38,146 bases of DNA from Saprospiraceae bacterium (GTDB lineage: Bacteria; Bacteroidota; Bacteroidia; Chitinophagales; Saprospiraceae): NCBI GenBank assembly GCA_043719965.1, contig JAYSTG010000188.1, forward strand, positions 1 to 38,146, written 5' to 3'. The stretch's first letter is position 1. Every line of letters starts with the position of its first letter. The translations under genes and the position numbers were made by a program. Under the pieces are notes generated by a model that worked only from the letters and a program-made list of their open reading frames with translations, was not told where the DNA came from and did not search any database. Of the stretch, positions 7,392 through 14,396 are shown one piece after another.

Positions 7392-8332
7392 ACCCGGATC
7401 TGCTTATCTATCTGGTAGACGGATCGATGATGTGCATTGCGGGATACGAGCTCTGCAATGAATCCTGACATAAAAAGTTGGATACCGACGATCAATAATA
7501 GAATACCCAAATAAAAAATAGGCCTATTTGCAATCGTAGAAAAATCAAAGAAAAATTTGCCTATGGTCAGGTATAATAAAATCAAAAAACCAATAAAAAA
7601 AACCAATACCCCTAATGATCCGAACAGATGCATAGGCTTTTTACCGAATTTGCCTACGAACATTATGGTAGCCAAATCTAAAAATCCATTCATGAATCGC
7701 TCGAAACCAAATTTGGTCTTACCATACTTCCTGGCCTGATGAGTGACTACTTTTTCACCGATCTTGTTGAAACCCGCCCACTTTGCGATCACTGGGATGT
7801 AACGATGCATTTCGCCATCCACTTCAATATTTTTTACCACTTCGCTTCGATATGCTTTCAATCCACAATTCATATCATGGAGTTTGATTCCCGACATTTT
7901 ACCTGTGCTCCAATTATAAAATTTAGAAGGAAGGTTTTTGGTAAATGTATTATCATACCTTTTTTGTTTCCATCCTGAAACCAAATCAAGTCTTTCTTCT
8001 TTTATTTTTTGAATTAATCCGGGTATTTCATCCGGACTATCTTGAAGATCTGCATCCATCGTGATGACGATCTCACCGGTACTGATTTTAAAACCTGTAT
8101 TTAGAGCTGCTGCCTTCCCATAATTTCGTCTAAATTTTATCGCTTTAATATACTCATTGGATGCGGCCAGCTTTTGAATGGTAACCCATGAATCGTCTGT
8201 GCTACCATCGTCAATAAATATGATTTCATATCGATAATGTTGCCCTTCGGCTACTTTACGTATCCATGATTCCAGTTCTGTAAGTGAGTCGGACTCATCG
8301 AGTAAAGGAATGATTATAGATAAATCCAGCAC
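7388..8332 (-). CDS. family-2 glycosyltransferase of the polyprenyl-phosphate sugar synthase type (GtrB/ArnC/DPM1-like)
   Basis: LSIIIPLLDES, FIDDGSTDDS and DADLQDSP (DxD) form the GT-A domain. Two C-terminal TM helices follow (LFGSLGVLVFFIGFLILLYL and IFYLGILLLIVGIQLFMSGFI). The start codon is GTG. Confidence 0.85.
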   Translation of the reverse strand: MLDLSIIIPLLDESDSLTELESWIRKVAEGQHYRYEIIFIDDGSTDDSWVTIQKLAASNEYIKAIKFRRNYGKAAALNTGFKISTGEIVITMDADLQDSPDEIPGLIQKIKEERLDLVSGWKQKRYDNTFTKNLPSKFYNWSTGKMSGIKLHDMNCGLKAYRSEVVKNIEVDGEMHRYIPVIAKWAGFNKIGEKVVTHQARKYGKTKFGFERFMNGFLDLATIMFVGKFGKKPMHLFGSLGVLVFFIGFLILLYLTIGKFFFDFSTIANRPIFYLGILLLIVGIQLFMSGFIAELVSRNAHHRSVYQIDKQIRV

Positions 8333-8355
8333 TTGGGTAAGATATTTTTAGTCTA

Positions 8356-8363
8356 CAAATTTA
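8356..8363 (-). promoter_or_regulatory. candidate -7 promoter box TAAATTTG (minus strand) for the GT2 gene
   Basis: Perfect TAnnTTTG, 23 nt upstream of the GTG start at 8332, in the 69-nt gap after the DUF4199 gene. Confidence 0.3.
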
Positions 8364-8401
8364 TAGCCCTAAACTAAATATTAAGAATTTATTTAATATA
8401 A

Positions 8402-8935
8402 TCAAGAAAATTCAGGAGCTTCTCGTTTCATAATCAGACCAATAATCAAGGATAATATCGCACCGCCTATGGCGTAGCAAGCTAGCGTCGAGGCAAATAA
8501 AAGATAAGGATTTTTTGTAAAGCTCATCATTGACTTGGCCGCTTCTATTTGTTCTTCATTGAGGCCTTGAGTTTCCCAGGCTTCTTCCATGGTAGCTATG
8601 ATTCTATCTGAAAAACCAGGATCTATAATATTGGTATAAACTAAGGTTACTAAACCGGTAAGCAGACCTGCTAAAGCAAGCATACCAGCACCTATCAATA
8701 CACATTGGCCTAAAGAAATAAATCCTCCTTGAAGCTGGTCTCGATGATTTTTAATAGCCACGATAATAAGGGCAATCATCAGCCCAAATGTGATCAAGCC
8801 ACTAAGGATCGAAAATGCTTGTGATCCAGAACTTGCCAATCCGGTAACGGTGGAGATCAAATAAGTTAAACTGAATATCAGTCCGGCAGTAAGTCCATAT
8901 TTAAGGATGGTCGGCTTTAGATTAGATTGATTCAT
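8402..8935 (-). CDS. DUF4199 family integral membrane protein
   Basis: 177 aa with four predicted TM helices. The N-terminal KYGLTAGLIFSLTYL is typical of Bacteroidota DUF4199 proteins. Confidence 0.7.
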   Translation of the reverse strand: MNQSNLKPTILKYGLTAGLIFSLTYLISTVTGLASSGSQAFSILSGLITFGLMIALIIVAIKNHRDQLQGGFISLGQCVLIGAGMLALAGLLTGLVTLVYTNIIDPGFSDRIIATMEEAWETQGLNEEQIEAAKSMMSFTKNPYLLFASTLACYAIGGAILSLIIGLIMKREAPEFS

Positions 8936-8964
8936 AGGAGAATTTTTATTAAAAGAAAGGAAAA

Positions 8965-10224
8965 TTAATCATTTATCCAAATATGCCCTTTGCAAATCGT
9001 GGCTTTGACTTTACCTTTAAAGGTTTTGCCTATAAAAGGACTGTTTTTTGACTTTGATTTCACATCAGATGTCTTAAAGGTCCAGGTTTCAGATGGATCA
9101 AAAATAGTGAGTTCAGCAGGTTGTCCAGCTTCAATCACTGGAAATTGTCTTTTCAATAATATTCTAGGCTGAATAGCTACTGAATTAACCCATTCCTCTG
9201 GGCTTAAAATATCTTTGGTATTTACTGCTGCAAAGGAAGTTTGTAAGCCTATAGCCCCTGGATTGGCATAGGCATATTCTAAGTCCTTCTTTTCGACTTC
9301 CAGTGGAGCATGGTTAGTACAAATTATATTTATAACCTGATCTTTAACGGCCTTTATCAGTGCTTTTTGATCAGCGGCGGTTCGAATAGGAGGTGATTGT
9401 TTGTAAACTGAATCAAATTCTTCCAAGACCTCATCATGGAATATAAGATTGAGGTAGGCCGTGGAAGCATAGATCTTAGGGTTTGATTTTTTTGCTTGTT
9501 TAAGGATGGACACACTGGTTTCATCGGATAATAGATGTGCCAAGTAACGAGATCCACTATACCCTGCGACATAAATATCGCGCTGCAACATGATAGTTTC
9601 GGCTATGCTGGGTATTCCTTTTAAGCCTAATCGCTGGGACATTTTACCTTCGTTCATCAGTCCTAGATTGGCCAGGGCCTCATCTTCGGGATGGTTGATG
9701 ATCAGTCCATCAAAATGGTTCATATATTGCATTGCCCGTTGCAGGAGACCTGTATCATGGATGGAATGACTACCATCTGAAAATGCGATAGCCCCACTAT
9801 GATGCATATCGATCATTTCAGCTAATTCCTTACCCTGGATCTGTTTGCTGATTGCTCCAATAGGTAAGATATAGGTTGGAAGGGATTGTGATTTTTGATG
9901 AATGAATTCGATTTCTGACTTACTTTGTAATGCTGGCATAGTATTAGGGAATACAGCTAAAATGGTATACCCTCCGGCCATGGCAGCATTGGATAATGAT
10001 TCGAGAGTTTCGCGATGTTCATATCCAGGTTCACCGCCGTGAGTGCCGATATCTACCCAACCTATAGATACATGGAGATGATCACCTATGATTTTATCTG
10101 AAGTAGTTAATTTTTTCTGACTTATGGATTGGATGATACCATCCACGACATGGATATTGACTTTTTTCCCATGTTGTGGATGTCCTGGTGCGATGAGTTT
10201 TGCCTGTTCTATTCCTAGTTCCAT
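8965..10224 (-). CDS. dihydroorotase-like amidohydrolase with substituted catalytic residues (probably non-catalytic)
   Basis: Collinear with type-I DHOases over its whole length (GWVD..EPG..E.RET...GGYT, IINHPED, TNHAP). G60-T61-H62 replaces the H-x-H motif. G64 replaces the Arg of HxHxREPG. A-Y-L (256-258) replaces P-H-H. N304 replaces the catalytic Asp of T-D-H-A-P. Confidence 0.8.
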   Translation of the reverse strand: MELGIEQAKLIAPGHPQHGKKVNIHVVDGIIQSISQKKLTTSDKIIGDHLHVSIGWVDIGTHGGEPGYEHRETLESLSNAAMAGGYTILAVFPNTMPALQSKSEIEFIHQKSQSLPTYILPIGAISKQIQGKELAEMIDMHHSGAIAFSDGSHSIHDTGLLQRAMQYMNHFDGLIINHPEDEALANLGLMNEGKMSQRLGLKGIPSIAETIMLQRDIYVAGYSGSRYLAHLLSDETSVSILKQAKKSNPKIYASTAYLNLIFHDEVLEEFDSVYKQSPPIRTAADQKALIKAVKDQVINIICTNHAPLEVEKKDLEYAYANPGAIGLQTSFAAVNTKDILSPEEWVNSVAIQPRILLKRQFPVIEAGQPAELTIFDPSETWTFKTSDVKSKSKNSPFIGKTFKGKVKATICKGHIWIND

Positions 10225-10237
10225 TTACATTCGATTA

Positions 10238-12259
10238 TTATTTCCAAAAACGTAAGAGTAATGCTTCAATCATTAAAAAGAGTAAAGTTCCAGTTAAAAA
10301 CCATTTCCAATAAGATTTGCCTTTTTGGTTGTCTTTAAACCAACGATCAAATTCAACTTGGTCTGATTCATTGATGACTTCATAGGTTGCTCCGAATGTA
10401 GATTTGATTTTATCTATAGGCATCGTACTCAAGTCAGACTCTTTCCTATTGAAATTAAACGCAACTTTACTGATGATTGTATCTTTTAAGTTTAGTGTAT
10501 AGATGCCAGCTTCGCGAATGGATCCTTTCATATCCAATAATACCTTATTTCCTAAAGATCTCTGAAATGGAATAATATCATCGCCACCAATTTTTTTCAT
10601 ATGAATGACCTCTTCTGCTCGCAATAGTGAAGTGCTTAATTCGATTAATTCATCTTGCCCTACAAATTGGGATATTTTATCTGCTTTATTTTTATTCAAC
10701 GCAAGTTTGAATAACATGGGAACGAAAATTTCAGGATTGGAGCTTAGGTCAGACCAGGGTGCTTGCAACGGCGAAGAACAGATGTAAAAAGATCCATTTC
10801 CGGACTTTACTTTCGATAAAAATGTACGGTCATCTGCAAAAGAGAGTATCTTTTCATCGCCTATGGTGCCACTGGCCCTAATATACCGACCTTGTATACT
10901 CGGCAATCGTATATTGGAACTGATTTTATTGTAAACATCTTTAAATGTAAACTCCTGAATGTTGATACCAGTGACTTGCATCGATTTTTTCTCAAAGCTT
11001 TGAAATGAACCCGCTCCAACTGAACTCAAAAAACCATTATAGGATTTTATATCAGCCGTCACCCCAGGGAACAATAACACATTAGTACCTTGTTTTATAG
11101 CATTCATCAGTTCACTGGCAAGGCCACTACTAATTTCATTGAGATCATCGAGTATGACTAGTTGATGTTTAGTCAATGAAGTATAATTAATGTTCCGTAA
11201 AGTTTGCAATGCTAAGCTGGCTGAAGGCAACCCTCGAATAGCAGTCACTAAATTGGGATTGGCTTGATCTCCTGAGATAATGAGAAAGTTGATCACAGGA
11301 GTCACATTAAACGTGAGGTATAGCTTATCATCGAATTGTACTGGATAATCCGTGATCTCGAGTTGGATGTCTTGCCAACCTGCCTTATTGACTATCACCT
11401 GGGCTGTATCTATTTTGCTCTCACCTGCTGCTAGATTAAAAGTGCCTAGCGGCTTGGTTTGATTGTTTTGGATCAGAGATATCCTTGCGTCTTGAATAGG
11501 TTGATCTCCATAGTTGTGAATTTTAAATTTTAATAAATTAGGCTCTGACATCCACTGGGCTGGGGCATCAAACCAAGCCGAATCAATTGCTACATTTCTT
11601 TCCTGCACGCTTTGTAAAGGTATGAGGTGGGCACGCCAAACGGAATCCAATACCACTGGCAGATCGGTGATCGACTGTTGAAAATCGGATATCAAATAAA
11701 TATGTTTATTGCCTTCTGACTTGCTGAATACATTCTGAATTTTAGAGATAGACTCTGACAAAGTGTGAACTGCAGGTGTCGGCGTAGTTTCATCTATCAT
11801 GGCCAAGGCTTCTTCTTGATGGACTAGGCGTAAATTTTTTCCTAGAAAGTCATGGGTCAAAATCATATAGCGATCTTGCCCATCATAGGCTTCGACGATA
11901 CTCCTTGCTCTTTGTTTGGCCTTTGAGATCAATGGGATATCCTGGCTCAGTGCATTCATGCTATACGAATTGTCGATAAATATGCCTACCAAGCTTTGGG
12001 TATATTTTTCTATTACAGTTTTTCTGCTAAATGGCTGAGTGAAAGCCATGACCAATAATGCTAAAGCCATCAACCGGGCCAGGAGCACTAATAAATTCTT
12101 GAGTTTGGAGCGGGCGCTTGTCTCATCTTTTACTTCTTTGAGAAATCTAACCGAGGAAAAATAAACCTTCTTAAATCTTCTAAAATAGAATAAATGGATG
12201 ATGATGGGTATCGCTAGTGTTCCTAATGCCGTAAGAAACCACGGATGGAGAAATTGCAT
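10238..12259 (-). CDS. BatA-N (aerotolerance-regulator N-terminal double-TM) domain membrane protein with a vWA-like MIDAS motif
   Basis: MQFLHPWFLTALGTLAIPIIIHLFYFRR plus a second TM helix (BatA_N/TIGR02226 pattern). A D-N-S-Y-S (DxSxS) motif follows in GIFIDNSYSMN. There is a C-terminal TM anchor (WFLTGTLLFLMIEALLL). Confidence 0.75.
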   Translation of the reverse strand: MQFLHPWFLTALGTLAIPIIIHLFYFRRFKKVYFSSVRFLKEVKDETSARSKLKNLLVLLARLMALALLVMAFTQPFSRKTVIEKYTQSLVGIFIDNSYSMNALSQDIPLISKAKQRARSIVEAYDGQDRYMILTHDFLGKNLRLVHQEEALAMIDETTPTPAVHTLSESISKIQNVFSKSEGNKHIYLISDFQQSITDLPVVLDSVWRAHLIPLQSVQERNVAIDSAWFDAPAQWMSEPNLLKFKIHNYGDQPIQDARISLIQNNQTKPLGTFNLAAGESKIDTAQVIVNKAGWQDIQLEITDYPVQFDDKLYLTFNVTPVINFLIISGDQANPNLVTAIRGLPSASLALQTLRNINYTSLTKHQLVILDDLNEISSGLASELMNAIKQGTNVLLFPGVTADIKSYNGFLSSVGAGSFQSFEKKSMQVTGINIQEFTFKDVYNKISSNIRLPSIQGRYIRASGTIGDEKILSFADDRTFLSKVKSGNGSFYICSSPLQAPWSDLSSNPEIFVPMLFKLALNKNKADKISQFVGQDELIELSTSLLRAEEVIHMKKIGGDDIIPFQRSLGNKVLLDMKGSIREAGIYTLNLKDTIISKVAFNFNRKESDLSTMPIDKIKSTFGATYEVINESDQVEFDRWFKDNQKGKSYWKWFLTGTLLFLMIEALLLRFWK

Positions 12260-12266
12260 ATCATGG

Positions 12267-12274
12267 CAAAAATA
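12267..12274 (-). promoter_or_regulatory. candidate -7 promoter box TATTTTTG (minus strand) for the long minus-strand gene block
   Basis: Perfect TAnnTTTG with 7 nt between its G and the ATG at 12259. It lies in the divergent intergenic region shared with the cbpA-like gene. Confidence 0.35.
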
Positions 12275-12414
12275 CTTAATATGATCGTTGTGGAAAGTTT
12301 AAATTTTCATAAAGTGTATAAGTTTAAGTTCTAAGTATTCTAAATATTTTTTATGTATAATGGAACACCTACCGCCCATAAATGGTTTTAAGAGAACAAT
12401 TATCTTGTCGAGGA

Positions 12415-13368
12415 ATGAATTTTATAGATTATTACCAGATTTTAGGAGTAAACAAGACTTCGACCCCTGAAGAAATTCGGAAAGCTTACCGTAAGCTGGC
12501 CCGGAAATATCATCCTGATGTAAACCCGAATAATAAGGAAGCAGAACGAAAATTTAAAGAAATAAATGAGGCCAATACCGTCTTAGCCGACCCTGAAAAA
12601 AGAAAAAAGTATGATACCTATGGTAAAGACTGGGAACATGCTGATGCTTTTGAATCGGCAAATCAGCGATCTGGAGGCCATTTTAGAAATAATAATTCAA
12701 GAAGAGAATCCTCACGATTTAATTCCAATCGACGAGGAAGCCCCCAAGATTCAGAACATTTTTCTGATTTTTTCCAATCCATGTTTTACGATCAAGATGA
12801 TTTGTTTGGGAGCGAATCTTTGCGAAATTCAAGCCGTAGGTCGAATGCCAGTGGAGCCTCCAGAGGGGTTGATTACAAATCGGTGCTACAATTAGAATTA
12901 AAAGATATACTCCATGAACAGGCTCAGGTGTTGGATGTGAATGGAAAAAAAATCCGAATTAAAATTCCTGCCGGCGTAGAACACGGTCAATCCGTGAAAA
13001 TAAAAGGCCAGGGTGGTGAACAATCTTTAGGTGGACCAAAGGGGGATTTGTATATTCAATTTGATATTTTACCTCAGCCGGAATTCAAAAGAGAAGGCCC
13101 AGATCTTTACTCGAATCATTCCTTGGATCTATATACCGCTATATTGGGAGGTGAAACAGATATTAACACCTTGTATGGGCCTGTAAAAGTTAAAGTCAAG
13201 CCTGGAGCTCAGAACAATACAAAGGTAAGGCTTAAAGGTAAAGGAATGCCCGTATATAAATCGGATCGAGTAGGGGACCTGATCGTCACCTACCATATCT
13301 TGATACCTATTGATCTAAAAAGTCAAGAAATTGATCTTTATAAAAAACTTAAAGAATTACGGAGGTAG
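12415..13368 (+). CDS. cbpA: CbpA-like J-domain co-chaperone (DnaJ class II: J-domain plus C-terminal substrate-binding domains, no zinc finger)
   Basis: [27 protein letters not shown] with the HPD motif. No CxxCxGxG repeats. The C-terminal domains include [22 protein letters not shown] and [13 protein letters not shown] placed the start at ATG 12415 (MNFIDYY) rather than the in-frame 12382. Confidence 0.85.
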   Translation: MNFIDYYQILGVNKTSTPEEIRKAYRKLARKYHPDVNPNNKEAERKFKEINEANTVLADPEKRKKYDTYGKDWEHADAFESANQRSGGHFRNNNSRRESSRFNSNRRGSPQDSEHFSDFFQSMFYDQDDLFGSESLRNSSRRSNASGASRGVDYKSVLQLELKDILHEQAQVLDVNGKKIRIKIPAGVEHGQSVKIKGQGGEQSLGGPKGDLYIQFDILPQPEFKREGPDLYSNHSLDLYTAILGGETDINTLYGPVKVKVKPGAQNNTKVRLKGKGMPVYKSDRVGDLIVTYHILIPIDLKSQEIDLYKKLKELRR

Positions 13369-13393
13369 ACTTGCTTTTTTGGACAAATGACAG

Positions 13394-13401
13394 TATTTTT
13401 G
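13394..13401 (+). promoter_or_regulatory. candidate -7 promoter box TATTTTTG for the toxin-antitoxin pair
   Basis: Perfect TAnnTTTG, 6 nt upstream of the antitoxin ATG (13408). A TTG at 13371-13373 is at roughly -33 spacing. Confidence 0.4.
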
Positions 13402-13407
13402 TGACAC

Positions 13408-13932
13408 ATGACTAAAAAACCTAAAAAATATTCGGAGCCTGTTTTTGAATCTATGACTTTTCAAGAGCCATTGGTACTTTACAATGCGACCCGTCCTGGG
13501 GATATATTTTTTAAAAAAGTCTTTGACTTAATAGGAATGATATACCCCAAAGCTACCCAAAGCACCGAATATGAATTGATACCCATCATTCGTAAAGGAT
13601 TATCCAAAAAACAATTGGACCATCTGATGACGACTACGGGCTTGTCTTTGCCAGAGATGGCCAGGATATTGCATGTCTCCGAGCGCACATTGCATAGATA
13701 TAGTGCCGATACCATGCTCAATCCTGACATCAGTGAGCGGATCTTCGAGCTTGCTCGTCTTTATGCCAAAGGGGTAGAGGTATTCAGTGATCTCAATCGA
13801 TTTAAAATCTGGATGCAGTTTCCTTCTATTGCCTTAGCGCAGAAAGCCCCACTGGATTTTTTAGACACTTCTATTGGCATCAAGTTACTTGAAGAAGAGC
13901 TGGGTCGTATCGAACACGGGGTTTACGCCTGA
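13408..13932 (+). CDS. Xre/MbcA/ParS-type antitoxin (HTH plus DUF2384 toxin-binding domain) with an N-terminal extension
   Basis: HTH GLSLPEMARILHVSERTLHRY. The C-terminal WMQFPSIALAQKAPLDFLDTSIGIKLLEEELGRIEHGVYA is the DUF2384 signature. The stop overlaps the toxin ATG (TGATG). Confidence 0.85.
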   Translation: MTKKPKKYSEPVFESMTFQEPLVLYNATRPGDIFFKKVFDLIGMIYPKATQSTEYELIPIIRKGLSKKQLDHLMTTTGLSLPEMARILHVSERTLHRYSADTMLNPDISERIFELARLYAKGVEVFSDLNRFKIWMQFPSIALAQKAPLDFLDTSIGIKLLEEELGRIEHGVYA

Positions 13933-14396
13933 TGGATCTACTCCGATGTACTAAATGTAAATATATCACTGACCTCAGTGGATATGGGGCTTTTAAATAT
14001 GGCGGTCGATGGAATAGCCCCGGCACGCTTGTAGTTTATACCGCTTCTAATCCTTCATTGGCTTTGTTGGAGACATTAGTTCATATGAATCCTATTTTGC
14101 CCGACTCGGACTATTGTTTGATCAAGCTAACCTTAGAGACGAATTCTATCTTGACTGTGTATCCGGAAAGTTTAATATCATCCTGGCAAAAGACACCCGC
14201 ACACCATTCACTTAAAACCATAGGGGATGAATTTGTAAAAGATGCTAAATATTTACTGCTTAAAGTACCTTCGGCTGTATTACCTATAGAGTGGAATTAT
14301 CTGATCAACCCCAAGCATCCATTATTTGCTTCCATCCGACTTGGTGTTCCTACAAAACTAGAATTTGACCAACGATTAACGGCTGCCGTTAAATGA
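13932..14396 (+). CDS. RES-domain toxin (MbcT/ParT/Res family, NAD+-targeting)
   Basis: YGGRWNSPG (R26), LALLETLVH (E47) and KVPSAV (S114) give the R-E-S triad in the canonical order and spacing. It is translationally coupled to the upstream Xre-type gene. Confidence 0.85.
   Translation: MDLLRCTKCKYITDLSGYGAFKYGGRWNSPGTLVVYTASNPSLALLETLVHMNPILPDSDYCLIKLTLETNSILTVYPESLISSWQKTPAHHSLKTIGDEFVKDAKYLLLKVPSAVLPIEWNYLINPKHPLFASIRLGVPTKLEFDQRLTAAVK

Noticed and set aside
7586-7601. Homopolymer tracts inside coding regions as possible phase-variation switches: A8 in the GT2 gene near 7593, T8 in hddC near 4127-4134, and T9 in the HAD gene near 19276-19284.
   Set aside because: Runs of 7-9 A/T are common throughout this AT-rich window, in housekeeping genes as well. 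They encode ordinary Phe/Lys stretches. There is no evidence of length heterogeneity and no particular enrichment in surface genes.
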